A stretch of DNA of 64,000 bases from an uncultured Gemmatimonadales bacterium. GTDB taxonomy: Bacteria > Gemmatimonadota > Gemmatimonadetes > Gemmatimonadales > GWC2-71-9. Within the stretch, counting starts at the first letter, position 1. Each line of letters starts with the position of its first letter. Under the pieces are notes generated by a model. The model was not told where the DNA came from and did no database searches. It saw nothing but the letters and a program-made list of their open reading frames with translations. The stretch is taken from assembly GCA_963821525.1 (NCBI GenBank), contig CAWGED010000004.1, forward strand, positions 64,001-128,000. Direction: 5' to 3'. The position numbers and the translations under genes were made by a program. Shown piece after piece: positions 29,302-39,850 of the stretch.

Positions 29302-30471
29302 ATGTCCTCACCCAACTCCCCGCTCGAACCCACTCTGCTACGCGAGTACTACTTCTCCCCGGAGATCTTCGGCCAGGAGAAGGAAAGAATCTTCTTCGGA
29401 CAATGGATGTGCGTGGGTCGGGAGGAGGAAGTCCCCAATCCCGGAGATTATCTCCTGCTCGACGTCGTGGGAGAGAGCGTCATCCTGGTACGCACCCGGG
29501 AAGGAAAGCTGGCGGCCCACTACAACGTCTGCCGTCACCGCGGATCACAGCTGGTGCTGGGAGTGGATCCCAAGCCCCGCCGCTGGGCCGAGAAGGCGAC
29601 GGGCGACAAGCCGACCTTCGGCCCTTCCGGCAGCTTCACCAGCGGAATCAAGTGTCCCTACCACTCGTGGACCTACGAGCTGTCCGGAGCGCTCCGGACC
29701 GCGCCATTCCTCGACGAAGGCTCCGGATTTCACAAAGACCAGCTCCCGCTCTACCCGGTAGAAGTGGATGTGTGGGGTGGCTTCGTGTTCCTGAGACTGG
29801 GTACCGCGCATTCGGGAGGGAAGAGTCCGGAGTCCCTCGCGTCGCAACTGGGCGGCGCGGTCGATCGGATCAAACGCTACCCGCTGGCGGAGCTGCGCAT
29901 CGCCCGGCGGATCGGATACGAGGTGGAGGCGAACTGGAAAGTCATTCTCGAGAACTACAACGAGTGTTATCACTGCGGCGGCGTGCACCCCGAGCTGTGC
30001 AAAGTGGTCCCGGCATTCAAGCAGAAAGGCGGGATGGATCTCGATTGGGACCGCGGGGTTCCGCACCGGGAGGGAGCCTGGACCTTCACGATGAGCGGGA
30101 CGACGAATCGCAAGCCATTCGCCGGCCTCAACGAAGACGAGCAGACCCGCCACAAGGGTGAGCTGCTGTATCCCAACTTCTTGCTGAGCCTCTCGGCTGA
30201 GCACGCGGCGGCCTTTACGCTGTGGCCGACCTCGCCCAACCACACCACCATTCTTTGTGATTTTCTGTTTCATCCCTCGGAAATCGCGCAGTCCGATTTC
30301 AATCCCAACGATGCGGTGGAGTTCTGGGACATCACCAACCGGCAGGACTGGGTGATCTGTGAATCGGTGCAGCGAGGGATGGCTTCCCGGGTCTTTCGCC
30401 AGGGATTTTACGCTCCCATGGAGAGCATGAGCCTGGATATTCGGAGGTATATAGGAGAAAGGCTGGAATAG
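29302..30471 (+). CDS. Rieske non-heme iron oxygenase alpha subunit (choline/glycine-betaine type)
   Basis: NVCRHRG...CPYHSWTY; ENYNECYHC..VHP. Confidence 0.92.
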   Translation: MSSPNSPLEPTLLREYYFSPEIFGQEKERIFFGQWMCVGREEEVPNPGDYLLLDVVGESVILVRTREGKLAAHYNVCRHRGSQLVLGVDPKPRRWAEKATGDKPTFGPSGSFTSGIKCPYHSWTYELSGALRTAPFLDEGSGFHKDQLPLYPVEVDVWGGFVFLRLGTAHSGGKSPESLASQLGGAVDRIKRYPLAELRIARRIGYEVEANWKVILENYNECYHCGGVHPELCKVVPAFKQKGGMDLDWDRGVPHREGAWTFTMSGTTNRKPFAGLNEDEQTRHKGELLYPNFLLSLSAEHAAAFTLWPTSPNHTTILCDFLFHPSEIAQSDFNPNDAVEFWDITNRQDWVICESVQRGMASRVFRQGFYAPMESMSLDIRRYIGERLE

Positions 30472-30686
30472 TCCCCTAGCTCCGGTTCATCCTGCTCACT
30501 TTGACGGCGATTGGCGGGTCGCCTTCCAGCCTGGTACCGATCGCCTTGTTATGGGTCATCGGTGGAAGCATTGTGTTTGCGGCCCTACCGCAAAAGGCCT
30601 AAGCACTTAGGACTATCTCGCGCATCGCGGCTCGGCTGCTACATTCTCCAGTACATACCTCAGGCCGTCTTCCATCAGGATAGTCC

Positions 30687-31565
30687 ATGGCCACGTACGC
30701 TCGATTTCGGCCACCGCTACCCGCGGTGCTTTTTGTCGGTTCCGTTCTGCTCTCCTGCGCCTCCACGGCCAAACAGCCGGCGATCACCCCGACGCCGACC
30801 AATACTGAGTTGCCGGGAAAGTTCGTCTGGCGCGACTTGATCACCACCAACCCCGATGCCGCCACCAAGTTCTACGGTGGGCTGCTGGGATGGGAATTCA
30901 AGGACGCCGGGAAAGAGGCAAAGCACTACATCGTCATTTCGCAGAACGGGCGGCCGATTGGAGGGATCCTCGACAGCCGGGGCAAGAAGGCTGAAAAGGT
31001 TCAGTCCATGTGGGTATCATCTCTCTCGGTGAAGGACGTGAACGCGGCCGTCGCGGCGGTGAATGCGGCTGGCGGCAAGGTCCTTTGGGGACCCAAGACG
31101 CTGGGTGCCCGCGGTACCGTGGTCCTGGTGGCCGACCCCGAGAAGGCGCCGCTCGCACTGATGCGGGCGCCGGGAGGAGATCCGGCAGACGACCAACCGG
31201 TGATCAACGGCTGGCTCTGGACCGAGCTGTGGAGCCGCCAGCCGGACAGCGCGGTGCAGTTCTACTCCCGGCTCGCGCCATACCAATCCCGGCCAAGTGA
31301 GAATCTCGACCGGCCCTATTTCGTGCTGGACACCGATGGGCAGCCGCGCGCCGGAATAATGAAGCTGTTCGCGAAGGACGTGCGGCCGTTGTGGGTGCCG
31401 TATGTCCGTGTTGCCGACGTGGCGGCGGCACTGAAACAAGTCGAGGCACTCGGCGGCCACGTCATCGTGTCGCCCTCGGCGAACCTCCGCAATGGAACGG
31501 TGGCCTTGATCCAGGATCCGACCGGCGCAGTTATCGCGCTGCAATACTGGGAGCCCAAGTCATGA
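30687..31565 (+). CDS. VOC/glyoxalase family lipoprotein (two domains)
   Basis: Lipobox LLSC; GKFVWRDL; FYGGLLGW; WVPYVRV. Confidence 0.85.
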   Translation: MATYARFRPPLPAVLFVGSVLLSCASTAKQPAITPTPTNTELPGKFVWRDLITTNPDAATKFYGGLLGWEFKDAGKEAKHYIVISQNGRPIGGILDSRGKKAEKVQSMWVSSLSVKDVNAAVAAVNAAGGKVLWGPKTLGARGTVVLVADPEKAPLALMRAPGGDPADDQPVINGWLWTELWSRQPDSAVQFYSRLAPYQSRPSENLDRPYFVLDTDGQPRAGIMKLFAKDVRPLWVPYVRVADVAAALKQVEALGGHVIVSPSANLRNGTVALIQDPTGAVIALQYWEPKS

Positions 31566-31741
31566 AACGTTCTCGAGCAATGATTCTGGCCGCAACGCTG
31601 GCGCTGCTCGCCGTCTCCGCCTGCGCCAGCGGCAATGTCGGTACCAGTTGGGGGGTATCGGTGGGGTACGGGGGCGGGTACCCAGGCGGCTACGGGTACC
31701 CGGTCACGGGTGTCTCCGTAGGGATGTATGGACGGCCATAA
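31562..31741 (+). CDS. Small Gly/Tyr-rich lipoprotein (59 aa)
   Basis: MKRSRAMILAATLALLAVSAC lipobox; overlaps the upstream stop. Confidence 0.65.
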   Translation: MKRSRAMILAATLALLAVSACASGNVGTSWGVSVGYGGGYPGGYGYPVTGVSVGMYGRP

Positions 31742-32081
31742 GCTGCTGTTGCTTCTCCTGCTCGGCGCCTGCGCCGGTGGCGGCGACAATACTCAGACCG
31801 CGAAGGCCGCTGATTCAGCGGCCGACACGGCTTCGGAAACCGTGACCATCACACCACCTGCCACGACAGTTGATTCGACGGTGGACTGGTCCCGGCTCCA
31901 GGAGCTGCTGCGGTATGAGACGAGCAAGGTCACGATGGTGATGGAAGGCCCCGGCAGCAAGGCCTCGGTGCGCATGAAAGACGGCAGACTCTATCACGCG
32001 ACCGAGCCCAGTTCCGGTGCCATCATTCGCCTGGTCCACGAAATCGACAAGACCGGCACAATCATGGTAGTCGCCGAATGA
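31728..32081 (+). CDS. Hypothetical lipoprotein
   Basis: LLLLLGAC lipobox. Confidence 0.7.
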   Translation: MDGHKLLLLLLLGACAGGGDNTQTAKAADSAADTASETVTITPPATTVDSTVDWSRLQELLRYETSKVTMVMEGPGSKASVRMKDGRLYHATEPSSGAIIRLVHEIDKTGTIMVVAE

Positions 32082-32084
32082 AGG

Positions 32085-32483
32085 GTGCCAGCGTACGTGC
32101 GGTTCTTGCGGGCGCCGGCGTTGCCGCCCTCCTCGGCTCTGGCCGCTGGATTTCTGCTCTGGCCGAAGCTTATCGCGAGCGGCGTGTTGAATCTCGAGCA
32201 GTTCAATCATCGGGTGTTCTACATTCTGGCTGGCGCGCTTCCCGCTCTTCTGGGCGGCTACATCGCTGGACGGATGGCGCCCGACCGGCCGGTCGCGCAC
32301 GGAATGGCGGTCGGGATTCTGCTCCTGATTCCCCTGCTGGTAGCCCTGCCTGCGGTGCTCAGGGCCTACCACCAGGTTCCCCAATCGCCTTTGCCCATCT
32401 TGCTGGCCTGGGTCATGCGGCCGGTCGCCGGAGCGGCAGGGGCCTACCTGACCGGACGGGTCGAGACAGCTCCACCTTCATGA
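32085..32483 (+). CDS. Hypothetical membrane protein
   Basis: Several hydrophobic segments; start uncertain. Confidence 0.6.
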   Translation: MPAYVRFLRAPALPPSSALAAGFLLWPKLIASGVLNLEQFNHRVFYILAGALPALLGGYIAGRMAPDRPVAHGMAVGILLLIPLLVALPAVLRAYHQVPQSPLPILLAWVMRPVAGAAGAYLTGRVETAPPS

Positions 32484-33646
32484 AGCGCGATTACGAGTTC
32501 ATCGTGCTCGGTCTCGGCGGCCTGGGCTCCGGCGCGGCCTATTGGCTCTCGCGTGCCGCAGGGGCCGATGTGCTCGGCATCGAACAGTTCGAGCTGGGAC
32601 ATTCCAGAGGAGAGTCGCAGGACCACTCGCGCATCATCCGCCTCTCCTATCACACGCCGGGCTACGTCGAACTTGCCAAACGAGCCTACGCCTGCTGGGC
32701 CCAGGTCGAGCAGGACGGAAAAGAGCGCTGTGTGCTCAAGACCGGGGGACTCGACCTTGGCCCCGCCGGTGCCGCGATCTCCCTCGACACCTATCGATCG
32801 AGCATGCGGTCTGCCGGAGTGCCATTCGAAGATCTGGATGCGGCCGAGATACGGTATCGCTGGCCGCAGTGGAGCATCCCCGAATCGGTTCAGGGCATCT
32901 TTCAGCAGGACGGCGGTATCGCGATGGCGGCGCGGGCCAACGCGCAGCATCAACGACTGGCGCGGGAACATGGCGCGGCCCTCATGGAGCGGAGTGCCGT
33001 CACCGGAGTCCGCTCGGTCGGTGGCGAGGTGGAAGTCGTCGCGGCTGGAACCGCGTATCGCTGCCGCAGACTCGTGGTCGCAGCGGGGCCCTGGTCCAAC
33101 ACGGTGCTCGAATGGCTGGGCAGCTCACTCCCGCTCGAGATCACTCAGGAGCAGGTCATCTACTACTCGACTCCGCACCTGAAGGAGTTCGATCCTGCGC
33201 GATTCCCGGTCTGGATCTGGATGGACGATCCCTGCTACTATGGGTTCCCGGTCATGGGTGAAGCTGCGACCAAGGTCGCCCAGGATGCGGGAGGCCGGCC
33301 GGTGACCGCGGAGACGAGATCCTTCGACCCCGATCCCGACAACTTTGCTCGAGTGGATGCCTTCACCAGGAAGTACCTGCCGAAGGCGCATGGTCCGGTG
33401 TTGTACGTGAAGACCTGTCTCTACACTCTCACGCCCGATCGCGATTTCGTGATTGACGAGGTGCCGGGCCATGAGGGCATCTTCGTGGCAATTGGGGCGG
33501 GTCACGCTTTCAAGTTCGCATCCGTGATCGGAAGAATCCTGAGCGAGCTCGCCATCTCGGGTCAGTCCGAGAGCGACATCGGCCCGTTCTCGATCGAGCG
33601 GCCGATTCTGCGGGAGAAGGAACCGGCCAGGAGCTACATGGTGTGA
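32480..33646 (+). CDS. solA: N-methyl-L-tryptophan/monomeric sarcosine oxidase family
   Basis: IVLGLGGLGS; SQDHSRIIR; CLYTLTPDRDF; GHAFKFA. Confidence 0.85.
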   Translation: MKRDYEFIVLGLGGLGSGAAYWLSRAAGADVLGIEQFELGHSRGESQDHSRIIRLSYHTPGYVELAKRAYACWAQVEQDGKERCVLKTGGLDLGPAGAAISLDTYRSSMRSAGVPFEDLDAAEIRYRWPQWSIPESVQGIFQQDGGIAMAARANAQHQRLAREHGAALMERSAVTGVRSVGGEVEVVAAGTAYRCRRLVVAAGPWSNTVLEWLGSSLPLEITQEQVIYYSTPHLKEFDPARFPVWIWMDDPCYYGFPVMGEAATKVAQDAGGRPVTAETRSFDPDPDNFARVDAFTRKYLPKAHGPVLYVKTCLYTLTPDRDFVIDEVPGHEGIFVAIGAGHAFKFASVIGRILSELAISGQSESDIGPFSIERPILREKEPARSYMV

Positions 33647-34594
33647 GCGAATCAGCCGCGAAGCCCACCAACTCGTTCAGGCCCGGCGTCATCGCCCTGG
33701 CCGTGGCGCTGGGGTACGTCCTGCTTTGCGGGCTGTACATCGAGTGGTCCACCAGCCTTGCCGCTCGGTGGGCCGGCTCGGTAGATGAATTGGCGGCCTA
33801 CGAAATCGCGAAGGGGCTCACATTCGTCGCGGTGACCGGGATCCTTTTTTACCTGGTCACCTTCCTGCTGCTCAAGCGCATCGCCGCGCCAGGAGGACCG
33901 GCTGCGGCACAACGAATCCACTCTGGTGGCGGCGGACCGCAAGGCGATGGCGGGAGTCTTCGCGGGAGCGGTGGCGCACGACATCGGCAATACACTGACG
34001 GTCGCGAACTCCGCGATTGGCTGGCTCGAGGATGCCTCGATGACCGCGGAGGAGCGCGCGGCAGCGGTGTCGGATCTCAAGCGGGCGTCGCAGGAGCTGG
34101 CCCAGCTTTCCCGCCGCCTCGTGGCGCTCCAGGGCGGGACCCGGACCCCTTTCCCGCCCCAGGTCGGCCCGCTGGCGCCGGTGATCAAGGAATCGGTCCG
34201 CTTTGCTCAGGCTCATTCCAAGGTCCGCAGCTGCAAGTTCACCTACGCCCTGGACGAAACTGCCCGCGCTACCTTCGCGCCCATTACCGTGGGACGCATC
34301 CTGTTGAATCTGATTCTCAACGGTGCCGACGCCACGAATGGCAATGGAAAGATCCACATCCGGCTCTGGCAGAGTGACGGGCGGGTCCATCTGGAGGTGC
34401 ATGACAATGGGCCCGGTATCCCACCCGACATGCGCGACAAAGTCTTCGAGCCGCTTTACACCTCCAAGCCCGATGGAACCGGCCTCGGCCTCGTTTCGGT
34501 AAAGACGGCGGTCACGGATGAGCTTCGGGGTGAGATCTCCGTCATCGACTCGCCCTTCGGCGGGGCCTGTTTCCGGATCAGCCTTCCACGCTGA
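33643..34594 (+). CDS. Sensor histidine kinase, frameshift near 33890
   Basis: 2 TM segments; VAHDIGN; NLILNG; DNGPGIP; GTGLGL. Confidence 0.85.
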
Positions 34595-34608
34595 GATATC
34601 ATTCCCTC

Positions 34609-35445
34609 ATGATGAGACGCCGCGATTTCTGCCGCACCACTCTGGCGGCCGCCGGAGCCTTGGCTTTCCCTGGCCTGATGCCCCGCATTCGGACCGGCGC
34701 CGGCGAACTGGACAGAATCGGGATTCAGCTCTATTCGCTGCGCGACCTCTTCCAGGTCGACATGGTCAAGACGCTGCGACAGCTCAACGCGATCGGCTAC
34801 GATGAAGTGGAGCTCGCCAGCTTCGGCCAGCGCACCGCCACCGAAGTCCGGGCCGCGCTCGACAAGACCCACCTGAGCGCCCCGTCCGCCCACGTGTCGC
34901 TCCAGGCCCTCCGGGAAAACCTGAGCCTGGTGCTGGGGAACGCCAAGATTCTCGAAGTGAAGTACATCGTCTGTCCCTGGATCGACGAGGAGTTCCGCAA
35001 TCCCGCCGGATATCGCCAGGTGGCCGCGATGCTCAACCAGGCCGGGAACGTGGCCCGGCGCGCCGGACATCTGATCGCCTACCACAACCAGGACTACGAA
35101 TTCGCCGAGGTAAATGGAGAGCGGGGTTACGACATCCTGCTGGAAGAGCTCGATCCCGAGGTGGTGAAGATGGAGATGGATATCTACTGGATCACCAAAG
35201 GCGGCGGCGACCCGCTGGCCTACTTCAAGAAGTACCCGGGCCGGTTCCACATGCTGCATTTGAAGGACATGGCAACCGACGGAAGCATGACCGGTGTGGG
35301 AACCGGGAAGATCGACTGGAAGCCCATCCTCGCAGCGTCGGGCAAGGCGGGAGTGCGTCACTACTTCGCCGAGCTGGATGATCCGGTCAACCCGATCAGC
35401 TTCGCCCGGGCGAGCTACGATTTTCTCAGAGAGATAAAGTGGTAA
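34609..35445 (+). CDS. Tat-exported sugar-phosphate isomerase/epimerase (TIM barrel)
   Basis: RRRDF Tat motif; IGIQLYSLR; YHNQDYEF; HLKD. Confidence 0.88.
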   Translation: MMRRRDFCRTTLAAAGALAFPGLMPRIRTGAGELDRIGIQLYSLRDLFQVDMVKTLRQLNAIGYDEVELASFGQRTATEVRAALDKTHLSAPSAHVSLQALRENLSLVLGNAKILEVKYIVCPWIDEEFRNPAGYRQVAAMLNQAGNVARRAGHLIAYHNQDYEFAEVNGERGYDILLEELDPEVVKMEMDIYWITKGGGDPLAYFKKYPGRFHMLHLKDMATDGSMTGVGTGKIDWKPILAASGKAGVRHYFAELDDPVNPISFARASYDFLREIKW

Positions 35446-35610
35446 GGACGTGAGAGGTGAGAGGTGAGAGGTGAGACGTGAGACGTGAGACGTGAGAAGG
35501 TGAAAGAGCGTGAGAAGTAAGAAGTGAGAAGTCAGAAGGAAATGCATGAGGTTCAGCCGGTTCAGCCAACACCCGTCTCACGTCTCACGCTGTCCCGTTC
35601 CCTGTTCCCG
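35446..35610. repeat. Heptamer repeats (GTGAGAG/GTGAGAC)n with inverted TCTCACG
   Basis: Seen directly between convergent genes. Confidence 0.85.
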
Positions 35611-35627
35611 CGTTCCCGCTTTTGGCT

Positions 35628-37677
35628 CTAGTTCCTGAGACTGAACGCCACCACGTAATCCCCAAACGTCGTTCCCAGGTCGCCGTGACCGCCCGCGGCG
35701 ATCAGCACATACTGCCTGCCATTGGCGGCGAAAGTCATGGGCGTCGCTTGACCTCCGGCGGGTAGCTTCCCCTTCCACAGCTCGGATCCGGTTTCCAGAT
35801 CGTACGCGCGCAGGTAGTTGTCCATCGCGGCGCCGATGAAGACCAAGCCGCCCGATGTTACCATCGAGCCCCCCATGTTGGGCGAGCCCCAGCGACCGGC
35901 CCAGGGTAACCACTTGAACTCGGGTATCCGGCCCAGCGGTACCTGCCAGCTTTGCTCTCCGGTGGCCAGATCGATCGCCAGCAGACTCCCCCATGGTGGC
36001 CGGTTGCATGGCAATCCCTTGGGCGAAGCCAGCATGCCGCGACTCATCCGGAACGGGGTCCCGATCTGGTTGCCGCTGCTGTCGCCGGGGGCGCGCTGCT
36101 CGAGCTTCACCCAGAGCGGGATACGAATCAGGTTGGTCACCAGTAAATGCTGCTGGGGAGACCAGCTCATTCCTCCCCAGGTCGTACCGCCCGCATAGCC
36201 GGGATACATCACGGTGCCTTGCAGGCTGGGCGGGGTGAAGAGCGGTCCGCTGCGCATCCGGTCGAACTCCGCGAGACACGCCTTCTTCTCACCCGGAGTC
36301 ACTCCCCAGACATCGCTGCGTTCGAGAGGAGCAGGAAACAGCGGCTTGGGTAATACCGGAAATGGCTGTGTCGGCGAAGCCTGCTCCCCAGGCACATCGC
36401 TGGCGGGGACCGGACGCTCCTCGACCGGAAAGAGCGGAGCGCCCGTGGCTCGGTCGAGAATGAAGATGTGCCCCATCTTGGTCGCGACCGCGACGGCAGG
36501 GACCTCGCGTCCATCTCGCGGAACCGTGATGAGCGAAGGCTGCGAGCCGACGTCGAAGTCCCACAGGTCGTGATGAACCACCTGGAAACTCCAGCGAACC
36601 TTGCCGGTCTTTGCGTCGAGGGCGACGACCGAATTGGTGTACCGGTTGTCGCCCGGCCTGAGGCCGGCGAAGAAGTCCGGCGCGGCTGAGCCGGTGGGGA
36701 CGAACACGAGACCCATGCTGGTGTCGGCCGAGATCGGCGCCCATGCGTTGCCGGCACCGGTCGTCGCGGCGGCTTCCTTCGACCAATGTTGATATTCGGG
36801 ATCCGCCGGGCTCCGGGGAATCGGATCGAAGCTCCACAGCTCGCGGCCGGTGCGCGCGTCGTAGCCCCGCACCGCGCCGTGCTCCATGTCCAGGCGCCGG
36901 TTGTCGCCGATAGAGGAACCGACGACGACGACGTCTCCCACGACCGCGGGTGGCGAGGTGACACCATACTGCCCCTCCTGCACTCGGCCGACCCCGACAT
37001 CGAGTCGAACCGTCCCCTGATCACCGAAGTCATCGCAGGGCTGGCCGGTCGCGGCGTCGAGCGCGATGAGGCGTGCGTCAACGGTGCCGAAGAAGATGCG
37101 GCTGTGGCAGGATTGCTGATTGCTTGATTGCCGATTGCTGATTGGGACTGGAAGAGGAACCAGCACATTCGGCAATTGTCAATCGGCAATCGTCCATCCA
37201 GTACGCCACTCCCCGGGAGACGAACCCCTCATTCCGCTCCAGATCGAGCTTGAGCTTGGGATCGTAACGCCACAATTCGCGCCCAGTGCTCGGCTCCAGC
37301 GCAATGACCCGGTTCAGCGGGGTGCTGAGGTAGAGCCGGTCCTCGGCGAGAATCGGAGTCGCCTCGAACTTGCTCTCGCCCGTGTGACAGCGGCCGCAGC
37401 CGCTCTTGGGTCCCTCGCTGTGATCGTCGTGGCTCGCATCCCCGGTCCGATAGGTCCACGCCACCTCGAGCCGCCCAATGTTGCCTCTGGTGATCTGACC
37501 GAGAGGGGAGTAACGCGAGCCACCCGGATCACCGCCATAGCTGCTCCACGGCGCGCCGCTGCCCAGCTCGCCGTCGGGTCCGCGGCGTCCGCTGCGCAAG
37601 GCAAGGAGTGCCACCGCTGAACCAGCGAGGGCGACCAACGCAAGCGACCTCCAGGGATGATCGAATCGAATCCGCAT
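35628..37677 (-). CDS. PQQ-dependent glucose/quinate dehydrogenase family; internal repeat insertion and frameshift near 37125
   Basis: WSSYGGDPGGSRYSPL; QVVHHDLWDFD; PCNRPPWG; GGQATPMTF. Confidence 0.9.
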
Positions 37678-37779
37678 CGGCCTGCTCGTCCGAAGGAGAC
37701 GATCACACGGTGCAAGGATCTGGTGTCGGAATCCAACGTTTGGTGATGGGCGGGTTCGTTGTGGTGACCAGCGGGAGCT

Positions 37780-38547
37780 TCAGGGTTGCTCACCCAGCGT
37801 GCCGGGCATTCGGTCGCGGAAGCGCCGGCTCAAAGTCAGGCGGGCTCCGCTCTCCAGCACGACGAGTTGATCGCCGTGGGACCAGGGTTCGAGATACCGG
37901 ATGCGATCCAGATTGACGATCACGGTGCGGTGAATCCGGGCGAAGCGGGCCGGGTCGAGTCGGGTCTCCACGAGTTTCAGCGTGCCGCGGACCAGGTGGA
38001 CAGCATCTTTGCCGTGCAGCTTGAGATAATTGCCCGCCGCCTCGATCCACTCGATCTCCTGAAGAGGCACCAGCCGGGAGCGGTCCCCTTCCTTAACGAG
38101 AAAGCGCTCCAGCCGCGGGCGGGAGCCGGCCTGCTCCAACGCCCGGTCGAGCCGCTCGGCCAAATCCTGGGCACGTCCGCTACTGAGCTGATGCCGAGCC
38201 CGCTCGATCGCCAGGTCGAACCGGTCCGGCGCGACGGGTTTGAGCAGGTAGTCGAGGGCGCCTCGTTCAAAGGCCTGGACCGCATAGTGATCGAAGGCAG
38301 TCACGAAGATGACGTAGGGCAGTGGTTCCTGACTGACAGCGGCCAGCACCTCGAACCCATCCAGCTCCGGCATCTGGATATCGAGCAACAGGAGGTCGGG
38401 GTTCGCGGTGTCGATGACCCGGACTGCCTCACTCCCGTCTCCGGCTTCCCCTACCAACTCCAGGGCTGGATGCCGGGCGAGAAACCCGCGGAGCTTGTCG
38501 CGGGCGAGCGGTTCGTCATCCACGATCACGGTTCGAATCGTCGTCAT
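37780..38547 (-). CDS. LytTR family response regulator
   Basis: IVDDEPLAR; DYLLKP; FARIHR. Confidence 0.93.
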   Translation of the reverse strand: MTTIRTVIVDDEPLARDKLRGFLARHPALELVGEAGDGSEAVRVIDTANPDLLLLDIQMPELDGFEVLAAVSQEPLPYVIFVTAFDHYAVQAFERGALDYLLKPVAPDRFDLAIERARHQLSSGRAQDLAERLDRALEQAGSRPRLERFLVKEGDRSRLVPLQEIEWIEAAGNYLKLHGKDAVHLVRGTLKLVETRLDPARFARIHRTVIVNLDRIRYLEPWSHGDQLVVLESGARLTLSRRFRDRMPGTLGEQP

Positions 38548-39645
38548 CGTCCGTTGTTTACTCCGATCGGCCGGGCAGGCAATTCAATCGTTGCCGCGAG
38601 CCCACCCTCCGGGCGATTGCTGAGCGAGAAACTCCCTGCTTCCCCGTAGAGCACGCGCAGTCGCTCCGAGGTATTGGAGAGCCCTACTCCGTTCTGTCCT
38701 GCCCCGGTTGGATCGCTCAGGCCCGGACCGTCATCCACGACCGAGAGCCGGAGCCGGTCACCCGATCGGAAGGCGGTGATCATCACTTCGGCCGGACCCG
38801 CTCGTTTCGCGGCGCCATGACGGAGCGCATTCTCCACCAGAGGCTGCAGAATGAGCCGGGGCACCGCGAGGTTGAGCGTTTCTCGCCTGGATCTCCTGCC
38901 GGATGGTGAGCCGCCCTCCGAAACGGAGCTGCATCGAGCTCGAGATACCAGCCCAGCCATTCGAGCTCGCTGTGCAAAGGCGCCTCGGGGTCCGGAGTGC
39001 GCGCAAAGGTGAGGCGCAACAGATCCGAGAGCCTGCCCAGCATGCGATCGGCCGCCTCCGGGTCGCGATACATCAGCGAGGAGATGGCGTTCAGGGTATT
39101 GAACAGGAAGTGCGGCTGGAGTTGCGCTTCGAGCCGCTCCAGGCGGGCCCGGTTGAGCTCTGCGGCGAGCTGAGCGGATTCGAGTTCGCGTCGCCTGGAC
39201 CTCTGATAGTACCGCCAGGCGTGGAGCACACCGATCAGGAAGGCCACATTGGGGCCGTTGATCGCAAACTCCATCGGGTACCGGTAGCGCATGATACCGT
39301 AGTCGTAGGGACCGAGGCCGGCGCAGGGGGAAGAGCACCAGGCGGCTGCCCCACATGAGCGTCGTGTGGACCAGGTCGGCAACGATCGACCAGCAAGGCA
39401 TAGGCTGGAAGCCGGCGGTACCAGTTCTCCCGTTCCAGGGGCCAGCGGTTCACCATCCAGACCAGCACGAGGAAGACCAGCGCCATCGCATAAGCACCGG
39501 TCAGCTCCTCGATCAGCCGCGCCTGGTAGGGGTGGTCGTGGCCGCGCGCCAGATCGTCGAGGTGGACATAGGCGAACTTCGACAGGCCGGCGAAGGTAAA
39601 AACTCCGAAGACCACGAGAAAGAACAACCAGCGGCGTCTGTTCAT
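38544..39645 (-). CDS. LytS/YehU-type sensor histidine kinase, several frameshifts
   Basis: AQLQPHFLFNTLNAIS; LQPLVENALRHG; GVGLSNT, spread over three frames. Confidence 0.85.
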
Positions 39646-39732
39646 GATCGCGAATGTGGGGAGCGGGCGCGCGATGCGCCATGGCCAGTGGGCCGAGTGG
39701 GATCGGGGTGGTGACGAGCGGGATCGGAGGGA

Positions 39733-39850
39733 ATTCAGATTGAAGATTTCAGATTGAAGATTGACCGAATGGGCGCAGCAGTCGGACATTCCGGTGGGCC
39801 CAGAAAATGCCCTCACAAATCTTCAATCTGAAATCTTCAATCTTCAATCA
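39733..39850. repeat. Inverted heptamer-period repeat (AGATTGA/AGATTTC vs AATCTTC/AATCTGA)
   Basis: Seen directly; same family at 45500-45617. Confidence 0.85.

Noticed and set aside
29565..29615. Extra segment PKPRRWAEKATGDKP in the Rieske domain as another repeat insertion
   Set aside because: No clear palindrome or second copy in the window; cannot be supported without ortholog alignment.
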